Assembly (NCBI GenBank): GCA_002269645.1
Contig: NIVC01000493.1
Location: 434,001-498,000 of the forward strand
Origin: Macrostomum lignano
Taxonomy: Eukaryota
Direction: 5' to 3'
Length of the DNA: 64,000 bases
Part shown: one piece after another, positions 24,401 through 38,214 of the stretch
Numbering within the stretch: the first letter of the stretch is position 1
Layout: every line of letters begins with the position of its first letter
Notes under the pieces: model-generated
Told to the model about the DNA's origin: nothing
Seen by the model: only the letters and a program-made list of their open reading frames with translations
Database searches by the model: none
Made by a program: the position numbers and the translations under genes

Positions 24401-27349
24401 CTAGATGAAAGACAATACAAATTTTCTTTTATTCTATATGACAACATTAATTTATATTACTATTTTGATGCATGGCATGAATTTATTCACCAAAATTTGT
24501 ATGCAATAAATTGGCATGAATTTGTATGTTGAAATTGGTACACCAAAAATGCATAAATTTTTATGCCTATGTGCCTAAATTTGTATAACAACTTTGAAAG
24601 GGATCATTTGTATGCCTGAATTTTTCTAGTTTTCTATATAACCTTCCAAAGCCTGGCAATTCAGTTTGAATGAAGTAATAGACACCCAAATAACAAAATA
24701 CTAAAATAGCAAATAACAGAATGACAACAAAATGACTAGGAAATGTTAGTTAAGTATTAATTAGCTATTGTAAAGTAAGTAAAAATATTTTTGAATATAA
24801 AATATTTGTATTATCCTAATTTTTATCCTTTCATCCATTTTTTTATCCAAGATAACGAATTTGAAGATTTTTATTATTATGTTTGTAGATTCTATTAATG
24901 CATATTGAAAATAAGAATAGCCTAACTTAGGCTAAATAATATAATAAAACTCTATAGACTATATTATAGACTTTATATTATAAGACCTAGTCCTAATCTT
25001 AGCCTATAGTTTGGATTGTGTATTAGTGTATGCTGGGTCTAATAGGGGAAAAATTACAAGACTATATTTGTATACCAATATTAAAAATGTTTTCAACTTT
25101 GTATACCAAAGTTATATACTTTTTTATTCTTGAATTTATTATTCATACAAAGTAACAAACTTAAAACTATGCACTTTTGCAATGTGCAATGAGAAAAGAC
25201 AATTAGAAAAGAAGTACCTTAATTAAAATACTTTAATTTGCTAAAATAAAAAAAAAAAAAAGTTTTTAGGGTACGAAATTTAAAATTGTTTTTTTATTCC
25301 TTGTTCTATGTTGACAGTGTTGCATGTAGCATATTTTACATGTATGTAAAGTCATTTTATTTGATCCTAACAGGTATACCATAGATCTAAGCCAATTTGT
25401 CTTATAATTTTTTAAATATTTTGTATATTTTTTTTGTTTTTTAAATACCAGTATATTATTTTAGTATTTATATAACTGCTTAATAAAATAATGTATTTGG
25501 CTTAACTTTAACAGTAATTTAAAAAATAGAACAAGAAATAATTTATAGAAGTCTTAGCAATATATATTTGCAAATAGACTAGATGATATATTTAGCTATT
25601 GGAAAATTTAAGAAGTTTAACTATTAGCCTATTGTCTCATTGTTTAGAATAAGTTTAACTTTGCATATTAAAGAAAGAGTTTTATCTTGCTCTTTGAGAT
25701 ATTTTATAATATAAGCCTATATGACTTTTTAATATATAAATACTTTGTTTCAAAATAGGATCTATATTAGAACTACTAATAATTAAACCACAAAAACTTG
25801 TTATAGGTTACTATGCTCTAGTGTAACAAAAAATTTAATTAAAATTCCTCTAAAAATATTAAGTTTTAACTAGCAAGTTTTTTTTTACTAAAGTAAGTAG
25901 AAAAAAAGTATTTATTTATTTATATTTATTTTTTATTTTGGCCTGGCTATAGACTGCAGACAAAAATCAAAATAAATATATTTCTATAATCTTGACCTAA
26001 ATAGGATTAACTGTTTTTTTAGTCTATGGCCAAGCCTGGGTAAAGAATAAATACATTTCTATAGTCTATGGCCTGGCCCAAAGGAAGAATAAATATATTT
26101 CTATAGTCTATAGCTAGCCCAAGGGTTGAATAAGTGTGTTTATTGGTATAACTTGGATAAGGACTATTAAGCAATGTATGCAACAAAGTGCTAGTGGTCA
26201 ACAAGTGATAGCTTTAATCCAAATTTAGTCATCAGTTTCCACTCTCTTAGCCTAAATCTAAGGCCTTGTGATTCAAAATACATATCCATAGATGAGAACC
26301 ATAGATGTGTGTGAATTGCATCGCTTGGAGTTCTGAGAAAAGTTGACTATTAGTTTCTAGGTGGAAACTTTAGCATGTTGCTGAGTGTATTTGCAATGCA
26401 TAATGCAAACCCAGCTATTACTTTATAAACACCCTTAACTATTACAAATTTGTACTATTAGAAAAAGCCTTTCTAAGCTATAGCTACATTGCCATTGCAC
26501 TATTGATATTGGCTGTTCTGCCCCACAGATAGGCGCCTCAATGAGAGCTAGCTATACAGAGTAAAGACTTGGCCAAGTGGTTCTTCTTGGCTAAACAATA
26601 AGAATGATAACTATTGAAGCAAGAGATGTGCTCCAGATAGGGTTGTAGCAGCAACAGACAGACTTGGCTAATTGGTCGCCACTCGACAGGAATTGAGGAC
26701 TGTCTTTTTACAGAGTATGTGTGCTGTGCAAGCACTGTAATACACGCATGTAGCTTTGGTTAGGTCTGGGTATTCTGTCTCTATTTTCTAATATGTGTCG
26801 CTATTGTTCCAGCCTATAGTATGCTAACATTTCAGTGTCCATCATTGTTAGTTCATTATAAAATAGAAGTGCATGTACACTTAGGCCTTGAGCTTGTTTG
26901 AGCACATGCTGCACATAAGTTCGCCTCGTTTGACGACTGACGTTTACATAAGCTTCAATGTCTTCTAATCGAGGAAAAAAAGCGATATCGTTTCTTTCAG
27001 CTCTCTGGTGGCTTTCCTAAATAGCAAGTCGAGTTACTTTTTGAGTTGCATACTCTAGTGCAGTGTGCGGGAGGTGGGGCCAGAACATATAGCCCCCCTC
27101 TTGCTTGTCCTCCCTCCCATGACTTAGGACTGCGTGACCAGGCCTAGCCCTGCAGTCGAACGGTTCGCCCGAATAGCCGATTTTGTTATGTTCTTAGTCT
27201 TTTAGGATAACAAATACCTGCGGTTGATTTGGCTTCCTCATTTGTTTATGCTGGTTTCTTTGATGTGCCTGCGCGCTTTTCCTGAATGGATTTGGGGTTA
27301 GTCTATGCTCTAGGCCTGACTGATAATCTCGCCGCTTGTGGGCGTTGAT

Positions 27350-27401
27350 TCTATCTGTCTATCTATCTGTCTGTCTGTCTGTCTGTCTGCGTGTCTGTCT
27401 G

Positions 27402-27494
<93 letters not shown>

Positions 27495-27508
27495 CTGTCT
27501 ATCTATCC

Positions 27509-27585
<77 letters not shown>

Positions 27586-27589
27586 ATCC

Positions 27590-27682
<93 letters not shown>

Positions 27683-27686
27683 ATCC

Positions 27687-27718
<32 letters not shown>

Positions 27719-27722
27719 GTTC
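27350..27722. repeat. (CTAT)n microsatellite
   Basis: Read directly; explains the SIYL ORFs. Confidence 0.98.
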
Positions 27723-29459
27723 ATCTATTTAGCTACATTCTACCCCACCTGTCTCTTTTAAGCGTGCTCTTATTTCTGATCTCGTATTCATACTCCCACC
27801 AACCTTTTGGACTCTATCCAGAGTTTCCAAAGTCACAGTTGAATTCTTAGAGCTAAGAAGAGGTTTTTTACATTCAAATGTGGATTGCTTTGAGCAGAAA
27901 CCGCTGCTAACTCATACTGCTGCTCAGGTGTACTATCTGCCTATTGCATGCCGCTTACTGCTACTCGCGAATTCGTTCATTTATGCCGCAGTTTACTGCT
28001 AGCGAACCCTCCCCGAGTGAAATTGAGAACAATATAACAGTTAGTTAAACAATAAATATGCTGACTAGTTAGATAGAGATAGCGATAAAACAGCATACAG
28101 ACAGGCTAGTGAACTCTCGCCCTTAAAGATGGGCATTTTATTTGTTTTTATTAGCAATAATTTAATCCTCTAACCAACTGATTCGACAAAGCAGGCTACC
28201 GTCTTTCATCTTTAGCACTTTCTATAGTTCTTGTGATTTTTTGGCCTTGTTTTTTGCACCCTTTTAGTTTTTTTGTGCGCGCGTCTGTCTGTCCGTCTGT
28301 CTATCTGTATTTTGTGCATACTCGCATGCATTGGGTCCGACTAATATTATGTAGTTTGTCTGCCCTGTCTGTCTGTGTCGTCGCTTACTACTCTGTCTCA
28401 GCCTGCGCGTGTCAGTCCTCGGTTCGGACCCAAACAGGCAGCCAGCCAGTTTGCCCTTTTCCCCCAGTCTCCTCTCGTCCCCTGTCGCTCTCCCTCCTCT
28501 CTTTTCGTCTCCAGTTGCTTCCCCATCCCCATCGCTGGCTAGACAGGCCAGCCACCCCTGCATTGGGATCCCCAGGTCTCTCCCTTCTCTCCCCCCTCTG
28601 GCCCTAGACTGAATCATAATCTCGGCTACTAAGAGTGCATTCTTCTCCTAGACACTTCTGTTAGACTCTAATTCTCTCTCTCACCCTCTCTCTTGCTTCT
28701 GCCGCCTGTCTGTGAGGGCCTCCTCCTCCCTCCCTCCTCAGTCCCTTCATCCCGTCCCGGTTCCCACTCCAATCCCTTTTGATTCCGTCTCTCCCTTGAG
28801 TCTATACTCTATAGCTTAACCCGGACATTTACAATTGAGCTTAATACTAAATCCCCACTCAATTCTCTTAGCTCTTATTCTAGAGAGACCTTGCGTGTGC
28901 GATGTGTTTCTTTCATTTTTCACTGTTATTTCTGTCATCTATTAGTTAATGATTTAGGTGATAAGGAAATTTATTTGCAATGCGCGAGTGTCACCCTCCC
29001 AGCTGTAGAATTGATGCAGTGCAGTAGAGCTAACTTTAAAAGTACAATTGCACTTGACGGGCTCTTCATTTTCCATTACTGCGCGTGCGTATATGGCTGT
29101 GCCTGACTGTACCTGTTTTGGAGGAGCATTTGGGATGGGGCGGTAGTAACTTAAGCCTACTGCAGCCTAGGCAGTTTACAGGACCCTTCATTGATGCATT
29201 TCTAGCCTCATCATCCTAGCTGTGCATGTTCTTGCGACTTTTAGCCTGTCATCTTTCTATGTTTGAGCGTAGTAACTTCCTGGTTCCTCAATCTCCTCTC
29301 GTCTGCAGATCTTGGCCTCCCTAATTTCAATATGATGTGAATTTTATTTAAGGTCTCGGGGGCCTATAGCCTGCATGGTAGCTTTATTTGTGTGCAGGTA
29401 AATTATTAAAAATAGGTTTAAAAATCGCAATAATCTAGCCATAGCTTTTTTAGAATATA

Positions 29460-29652
29460 GGGCCGTATGCAGAAAGCTCTGTCTAGGGTAGTCCGGTCTT
29501 GAAAAGCTAGTCTAGACTTGGATTTGGTATGCAGAAACACAAAGTTAGACCAGTCTACTATAGCAGAACTAGGCTAGCTAGACCATAGACTATAGACTGA
29601 ACTACCCAAGTCCGCACTAGCTAGTCTGGACTAGGCTTTCTGCATACGGTCC
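29460..29652. mobile_element. MITE, PIF/Harbinger-like (193 bp, 18-bp TIRs, 3-bp TSD ATA)
   Basis: Left end GGGCCGTATGCAGAAAGC; reverse complement of the right end GGACCGTATGCAGAAAGC (1 mismatch); ATA flanks both sides; no ORF. Confidence 0.75.
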
Positions 29653-31399
29653 ATAATGTTAAGTTAAGTACTAGTTAATTAATCTGACTCGTGAGCAATA
29701 GCGGAGTAATATGGAGGTTTATGATTCTTTCTCTGCATTAAGTCAAAATAATGTTTTATGTATAATTAACATACAGAATGTAGAGACCAGTGACAGTTTT
29801 CTCTTTTTTAAGGTAGCGATTCATTTGACTTCTGAATCCAAGCTTAATAGTGCATTGAAAATGCTTCGGGGTTCAGCCTCGTGCAAACTTGCGCTATTTG
29901 GCCACTGAACTGGCCCTTTTATGAGGGATTCCCTGCTCTCTGGTGCTGCTGCTGCTGCGGCTGCGGCCTGAAAAGTCGAATAAGTGGTCCGCGCACGCAC
30001 TCAAGTGTATCATATATTATATATATTGGCTTGGCATTGAATTTGATCCATTTTTTATTCCGCATGTCCACCTATACACACGCAATGCATTGGCAGTTCC
30101 TGTTTGCCCACGATAAGCTTTAACTGAGCGCTCGAGAGGCCACTACGGGGTCTATCTTCGCACTTTTTTGTTAGAAATTTTTACTTGTCAAGTGTGTTTC
30201 TGGATCTAGCTTTGCCCTCCAGTGCCGCTAAGCCTGGTATTTTGTATTGGACCGCCCCAGAGTTTCTTCCTCTCTCTTTCTCTCCCTCTCACTCACGTGG
30301 TGTGTATATTTTCTATGCCAACACGCTTTCCCACCCTAACGCACGTACAATTGGTGTGCTTGTGTGAATACAGTATGTGTGTGTCCATCTGGAAATTGTC
30401 GCCCACTGAATGCATTTGTCATCGACTTGTGCCCCGGAGCGGGCCGCAACTGCATTGAATTTGGGGGGGGGGGGATTTTTCTCAGAGGATTTCCCTATTC
30501 ATGAGAGGAAACTCGTCTTCAAGCCTCTAATGGGTGGACGCGCTGTTTAATTCGCAAAGTTAAGCATGGGAGGAGTGAGGAATTTAAAAAAAATATGGTA
30601 GTCAGAAGGTTGTCCTGCTCAATTTCCATATGTAATATTGATTATCGTGTTATTACAGCCGGGCGCATTGTGGTTTAGGGAGTGGGGCAGAAATGCTTTG
30701 TGAGGCGTATAAAAGCTCTGGATTTGAAATGGCGTGCTACTTTCTTTTAGTTTCCTCTGTCGATTGCTACAGTGTACTGTTTATAGACGAAGGCATTTTG
30801 ACTTGGCCTGTGCGTCAACTTTCACCCTTTCACTCACTGCTCTAAGGCGCTTTCGTGTTTTTTTCTCGTAAACCTACCTCATCGGCCTACCGTTGTCCTT
30901 AGCAATGTCGCGAAAGCATAGAAGGTGGAAGTAACACTTACTTGCGGCCTGTAATTATTTGATGGATGCACCAGTTTAGATTGAACACATTCTTATTCTT
31001 TCCTTTATCCATCCGTTTTTCTTTTCCTTTCCCTGTACAAATGAAAAGTACAGCTGGGCAGAGATAATTAAAGCGCAATGAAGGACAGACGAAGATAGAG
31101 AGGCCGACGTGTTAAGATGCCTGATCTAGTTTAAGCAAAAGTACACAAATATAGCTGCCGTTCTGATGCTCTAGTTTGTTGCATAAATAAGTGAAGCCTG
31201 AATATGGCCACAATCTAGCCGTATGTTTTTTCCAGTGGATTATTGTGGCCACTGATGCTCTGTGGGGCTGCAGGGGAGGTTTTACTTAAAACCAGTAGCG
31301 CACTGAGCTTATTGACGGATGGCATGCCACGGGGCTTCAATCTCTTTCCCACTACCACAGAGCACTGTGTCAATTAACGGCTCAAGAAATTCCCATAGA

Positions 31400-33621
31400 C
31401 TACTGACTGGCTTACTTAACTATTGAGTTCCAACTGTCCTAAAATTTGTGCTTGACTGATACTACAGTTTATTTTAAAACTGTCTATGGTAAAAACAGTA
31501 CAGAATCATGCAGTAAATTTTTCCTGATACCACAAACTTTTCGAACTTTACTGTATAATTAATTCAACTTACACAAGACTCAAAATGGTTAACAATATTG
31601 ACAAGGCTGCAATTGCAATATGGAAGGTCCCCTGTTTTCACCAGCGATGGCAGCGACAGCGAATGTCGATGGAGAGTTGCTGGACGAGGAAGATGGTGAG
31701 AATAATGCGGAAGTAGCTGAGCATGGAGTCGAGTTCGCTAACGAGGATGAATGGACAGCTGCTCAAGATGGTGAAGATTTGCGTCTCAACGATCTGCCCG
31801 AATTCCTCGCTGTGCCTGGCCTGAACCCAGACATCCAAGCAAAGCTCCTGAGGGTAAAATGGGCCAGGTGCAATTCTATCTGCAGCACTTTCTCACCGCT
31901 GATCTGGTGTCTGCCATTCGCATCTGGACCAACGCCCGAGCTGACATGGAGCTTCAACATTTGACAGCTGAAGATCAGGACGGAGCTCTTCCCAATTTGC
32001 TATCAACTTGGAGACCGTGTACCGACAATGAGGTGAAGAAGTCTCTAGCAATCGTTCTGTACATGTGTCTTGTGAAGAAGCCCGAAATGCACATGTACTG
32101 GTCCACGGGAGACTTCTACGGCGGCGAATACTTCCAGAAAGAACATTGCCTTGGAAGGGATCGGTTTGTGCAGATATTATCATTCCTTCGATTTTACGAC
32201 TGCACCACGGTCAACCACCAGGACTCCTTGAAAAAGATTCAACCTTTTCTTAACATTGCCCGCGATATTTGCCAAGCAAATTACAGCCCAAGTCAAGAGG
32301 TGTCTGTCGATGAAGAAACTGGTCATGTACAAGAGCAGGCTCATTTTCCGGCAGTTCATGCCCAACAAGCGTGACAGATTCGGCATCAAGGTCTACTGCT
32401 TGACGGAAGTTTCGACAGGTTTTCTGTGGAACTTTCATGTACATGCTGTTAAGCAGGATAACGACAAGTTTGGAGATGGATTAAACTGCGGGAATTTGTC
32501 GATGAGCGAGAAGATCGTCGTTGAATTGAGTAAAAATTTGCTGGACCTGGGGCACAAGGTCTTCTGTGACAGCTGGTTCACATCGCTCCGTCTGGCGCAG
32601 TTTCTGCTGGAACGCAGTAGTTTACTGACTGGGACGGTGAGCCCCAATCGAGGTGTGCCGAATGAGCTGAAAGTGCTGCCCCTGCAACCCGTCAGTCACT
32701 CCCAGATGCGCCGCGGCGATGTTCTCACAGTCAGGCTTGTAGACAGGAAGGCAAGCGGTCGCAAAACTGTGTACTTGTTGAACACGCACGGTGTTGCTGA
32801 AAGCACAGAAGTGAGGCGAGTGATCCGAGGCGGAGCGGAGGAGTCAGCTTTAAAGCCGAATTCGGTGCTGCGGTACAATAAGTACATGGGAGGCATTGAT
32901 TGCCTTGATGCAGCACTGCAGCGCCTTACAGTGCGGGGAGAAGAACATACAGATGGCACCAGAAGCTCGGGTTCCACATTTTGCTGCAGTTGGTCCGCAA
33001 TGCCTGGATCTGCAACTGCCAAAGAGGAAGGAAAATCAAATTCGTTGAATTTTTGGAAGCTGCGATCCGCACTCTCATGGAGCAGACAGGCCAGGGCAAA
33101 CGTTTGAATACATCGAAGCGCAGGGCTGTCTCATAGCATGCGCCATCAAAGCTGCCGCCGACAGATGGCAATGCAAGGCCGACAAAGCGATGCAGAGTCT
33201 GCTACAGCAATGGTGTGCCCAAGAGAACGGTGTTCGTATGCGCTGGTTGCCCAGGAGAGCCCGGGCTGTGTGCTGTCCCGTGCTTACAGAATTGGCACAC
33301 TGCAGCAGCACAGTAGTTACACTGGTGGTACCGTGTAAAACTTAAGTACGTTCAGAATACGAAATTCAAAACGCTCCTCCTAAATGCCTCATTAATGCAT
33401 TAAATATTGTTTACCTATTTGTTTTTGTTCTGTCGTTGTCCCTTTTTTTAAAGTTTTTGTTTTCTATCCTGTACTTGCAGTCAAATATAGTGGAAAAACT
33501 ACGAAAAAATAACATGGTACGCACAGCGTGCCATCCGTGACTTATGGGGATGTCGAGAAAGTCATATTTATGCTAAACCATCTAAGCCATAGACACGTAT
33601 TCTCAGTGTTGGGGGGGTTAA
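31400..33621 (+). mobile_element. piggyBac DNA transposon remnant (approximate extent)
   Basis: Contains the transposase pseudogene; candidate right end GGGGGGG|TTAA at ~33617-33621; no convincing left TIR. Confidence 0.55.
31620..33316 (+). pseudogene. piggyBac transposase (PGBD4-like), inactivated
   Basis: Consecutive frames give ..EVSVDE / RQFMPNKRDRFGIK / FCDSWFTS / YNKYMGGIDCLD / RWHQKLGFH, plus a C-terminal Cys-rich CRVC..CAGC..LCAVPC..WH. Frameshifts near 31850, 32320 and 32935, and a TAG at ~33134. Confidence 0.93.
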
Positions 33622-36059
33622 GCGACTTAATAGAATTTAAAATTTACGCATTAAAAGCAGGCACTCTGAGTAATAATTGCGATTATTATTTGCTTAGAAA
33701 ATTTATCCGAAAGTCCGAAGGCCGATTTTGCCGGAAGTCAAAGCCGAATTCGAACCGTTGATGATTAAGTGCGGCGTCTTTCTCACTGCGCAGGAGATGA
33801 AAAAGGAGAGGGGCGACTTCTGAAGAGACAGCAGTGCTAGCTGACTAGTGTTTTAGCACAAATTGTGTGTATGCGCTATACAAGGCAGCCGGGCTAGTCG
33901 CTATAAATAGTGGCACAAGTAGCGGCGCTTGTGATAAATAAATGTATTTCTATTGCTATTCCGCATTTAGCTGCATGTTAGTCTAGCTTATATCTGCGTT
34001 GGAGCTACTATTCTACATGGTAGCAAGCATAGGAGCTTCCATAGCGGTCGCATGATCTAACGGATTCGACAAAAATGGTACTTCTCCCTAGCGATGTACT
34101 TTTAATTCAATTGGAGCTTTCAATTGGAGCTTTTACTTTTACTTTTAATGTTCTTAATTGATTTAAGCATACTTCAACACTGTTGTCTGAAATTTCAATG
34201 CATGGGTCTTGTGAATGTTAGTATGTGGATAGTAATTGTTAGGAAATTCGTTGATCGAGCTGCATTTACTCTCCTATTTGCAACCCAGGCAACCGCTTGT
34301 TCGTTACTGCGAGTCGCGTAGTCCTGCCGTTATGCGCACTATTATGCTAGCTGGTTTCGGGTTTCTACCAATTCGCAGTGCTATTACGAGCTTGTAGTTT
34401 GACTCCGTAGAATTTGCCAGTGCATGGATACTGCTGAGCATTCGCAACGCAATAGCGCAGTTTTGGTTTGGCAGCAATTTTCTATTTGTTTCCGTGCGTT
34501 TTCTCTCCATCTGGCATCAGCGCGCTTCCTCTAGTGACATTTTAGTTCCAGCGAACTTTCTCTGTCCTCCCGTCCTCGTGGGATTCCTCAAATCTACACG
34601 TGATTGGTTTCTGTTGTGTAAGGTAGGCTTAAGCTGCAGTGGTATTGGTTTTTTGTTTATGCAAGAAAATTGTTTAACTCTCCTAGCCGTATGGGTGACA
34701 GTCTATTTTCTTTAAACAAATTTTGCTGCTGACATTTAGCCGCTTGCCTCTTTTAATTTTTGCCTGACACGTAGGTACGCCCGTGTCTCGTTCGAGTAGT
34801 AGTTTACAGTTGTGGATTCTGAGATAGCAAATCGGTGTCAAGTCTTTCTTTTGAATCTTATTTGTGATTTCGAGATTAGAAGGTTCCGAAGCGTTTTAAA
34901 GCTTAATTTGCAAGATAGGAGCTTTGCTTCCTTTGCGCTCATCGTGGGTCCCAAGATATCCAATTTGTTCTGTCTCGGTTGTCAAGAAGGAACCTCGCAT
35001 TTTGTCTTGAGTCCCGAGATAGAAGAGTGTCCGGAGAGAGTCAGCAGAGCTCAGCTCAATCTAGCCGGAGCTTCCACACTCCGAAATTATTGTTGCTACG
35101 TGTGCGACCAGAATTAAGCTATACACTGAGAGCGTAGTTGACTTGTACTGTCCGCAAACTCTCCTTACTAAATCTGTTAGACGTTACCCGATAAGCAGGT
35201 GGTTTCGGAACCTCGCAATTGAATAGCCAGGGGAAGGAGGGCCAGTCGCCATGTGCATTGCACGCTGCCAATTCGCCTTGCCTGGATTACCAATGCTCAC
35301 TCTCGCAACCATTGCTTTTTAATTATTGTTTCCGGTGTTCAGTCGTCGACTGCATGGCTTAGCTAGCCAAATAGTGCATGCCAAAAGTCAAAAGCTCAGT
35401 CACGCACGCCAATGGCAACAGAGGTAGAGTGAGGAAACAGACGCACTAAAGAGTTGGTTGCTGCGGTACTTTTTAAAAGTACACCAGTAGCTGTTAGTCA
35501 TTATGTTCCGCGCCGTGTTGTGGAGAACTGTTTTAATCAGTCAGTTTTGGATAGCCTGCAGAGAACGGCCTTTAGAAGCGCTCCGGTAGCAGCAGGCAGA
35601 CAGAGCTGATCGATCCATCAGCTGGTTGGGGGGGGGGGCAAGCCTCTGGGACTGGATCTGTGCCGAGGGCTAGCAGGATCCGATGAAATTAATTGCCGTG
35701 TGGTGGCGGCTGCTGATTTCAGATTCTGTACGCATAGGCATAGAGCATAGTGCTCAGCTTACTGGCTGGCAGACTGCCACTGCGTGCGCCTTCGTAACGA
35801 TTTTATAACTAAAATAAAATTTTGCACCATATGGTTTATATCACGTATAATATGCAATCTATCCTCTGTTTTAAATGAACTATTAAGTTAGCAGTTTTTT
35901 TGTACGAAATACTCAGTGGGAATCTTTCGTAGTGTCGTTCAATTAGTACGGCGTAATTCTATTTTAATTTTTACTAGTTCAAAATTGAAGTTGTCCCCGT
36001 TTAAAAATGAGTTGAAAGAATTGAGTTTGATAATTCACACTAGAGAATTTGTTAAATGT

Positions 36060-37140
36060 GAGTCCGCTAGTCCTGCAGAAAGCATCCCATAGTTGAGATA
36101 TTTCAGTCCGCTAGTCCCGCAGAAAGCATCCCATAGTTGAGATATTTCAGTCCGCTAGTCCCGCAGAAAGCATCCCATAGTTGAGATATTTCAGTCCGCT
36201 ATTCCTGCAGAAAGCATCCCATAGTTGAGATATTTCAGTCCGCTATTCCTGCAGAAAGCATCCCATAGTTGAGATATTTCAGTCCGCTAGTCCCGCAGAA
36301 AGCATCCCATAGTTGAGATATTTCAGTCCGCTAGTCCCGCAGAAAGCATCCCATAGTTGAGATATTTCAGTCCGCTAGTCCCGCAGAAAGCATCCCATAG
36401 TTGAGATATTTCAGTCCGCTAGTCCCGCAGAAAGCATCCCATAGTTGAGATATTTCAGTCCGCTAGTCCCGCAGAAAGCATCCCATAGTTGAGATATTTC
36501 AGTCCGCTAGTCCTGCAGAAAGAATCCCATAGTTGAGATATTTCAGTCCGCTAGTCCCGCAGAAAGAATCCCATAGTTGGGATATTTGAGTCCGCTAGTC
36601 CCGCAGAAAGAATCCCATAGTTGGGATATTTGAGTCCGCTAGTCCCGCAGAAAGAATCCCATAGTTGGGATATTTGAGTCCGCTAGTCCCACAGAGAGAA
36701 TCCCATAGTTGGGATATTTGAGTCCTCTAGTCTCGTAGAAAAAATCCCATAGTTGAGATATCTCAGTCTGCTAGTCCCACAGAAAGAATCCCATAGTTGG
36801 GATATTTGAGTCCGCTAGTCCCGCAGAAAGAATCCCATAGTTGGGATATTTGAGTCCGCTAGTCCCACAGAGAGAATCCCATAGTTGGGATATTTGAGTC
36901 CTCTAGTCTCGTAGAAAAAATCCCATAGTTGAGATATCTCAGTCTGCTAGTCCCACAGAGAGAATCCCATAATTAAGATATTTGAGTCCTCTAGTCTCCT
37001 AGAAAAAATCCCATAGTTGAGATATCTCAGTCTGCTAGTCCCACAGAGAGAATCCCATAATTAAGATATTTGAGTCCTCTAGTCTCGTAGAAAAAATCCC
37101 ATAGTTGAGATATCTCAGTCTGCTAGTCCCGCAGAAAGCA
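36060..37140. repeat. 44-bp minisatellite (AGTCCGCTAGTCCCGCAGAAAGCATCCCATAGTTGAGATATTTC)n
   Basis: About 24 copies; period measured 36061 to 36105. Confidence 0.97.
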
Positions 37141-37732
37141 CTGAGTAGTTCTCCAGTTCGCTAGACGACAAATAAATATTCTCTAATTTTACAGCTACGT
37201 GCCACAAATTTGGTACAAGCGCTCGCCCACGTGACTTGGCTAAGACCCCATGTCTTAACTGTTTAGCAAAGCAATTCGTTCGCCTTAGCTTAATTGCATT
37301 ACCCTTGTGGCAGGCTTTCGGGAAAAATGAGCATTTTAATATTGCCGACTTCCTGACTGGGGTCCGGTCTAGGCTGCTAGGTGTCTGTGGGTAATGATGT
37401 ATGATCCAGGGCTTCTCCAGGGTGTCTCGTTCTGTCGCTGTTCCTTTCTCATTAACTTCGTATTCTAACTGGCTTGCGAGCAATTAGTTTGCATATTAAT
37501 TTGCTAAACTTTATTAATTAGATGAGTGGGCCAAATCAAGCCTTGCCAGAACTTTAACAGTCGGCTTGACATTGCTGGTTTTAAAGTGAATATTTTTTTC
37601 AAACAGTTTGATTTTATGACTTCAAGAGACGTAGAAATGTAGAATATAATATTCATTCAATTTAGCCTACTGACAGTAGCTTACTAGCGAATATAGCAGC
37701 CCAAATTTGTAATGTTGCAGTCTTCATGTAAG

Positions 37733-38142
37733 ATGGCGCACGGCGCTGATAGCCCACCGTCGAGGCCGCTCGGCCTGACCTCTGCGTCGTCTACGTCGGC
37801 TGCGTTGCCGTCGCCGCAGCCGCCTTATTTGACGTCGACGCCTCCGCTGCTGCTAGCGCCGGCCGCATCGGCTGACAGCAACGGCTGGTGCCGCTCGGCC
37901 ACGGAGCCGCCGTGCAACACGCCGGCTGTGACGCCAACCTCGGCGATTGTTCGGCTGCCGCCACCGCCTCCACCTGCGCCGCCGCCGCCGCCCCTGCCGC
38001 CGCCTGGCAGGAGTGCGCTGCGCTCAAGCATTGGCGGCGGCCCTCGGGTGCTGCGCAAACGGGTGACAATCAGGGAAACTCTGTTAGATGATTCCGCTAG
38101 CGGGTCTAACAGCGGCTCCTACTCAGCTTGTCGGCTTGTTGA
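37733..38142 (+). CDS. WNK-like kinase, predicted first coding exon (Pro/Ser-rich)
   Basis: AAGATGG start context; donor GA|GTGAGT at 38143 (phase 2) joins the acceptor at 40518 in frame (..RLVE-IRRLSLTE..). Confidence 0.65.
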
Positions 38143-38214
38143 GTGAGTTTACCTCATAGTACATAATATTCGTATTCCCCAAACTTAATGGTCCTGAAAC
38201 TCAAGCAGCAAGCT

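Noticed and set aside
31286-31430. Left TIR of the piggyBac element (TTAA sites at ~31287, ~31374, ~31415)
   Set aside because: None is a convincing inverted match to the GGGGGGG|TTAA right-end candidate.
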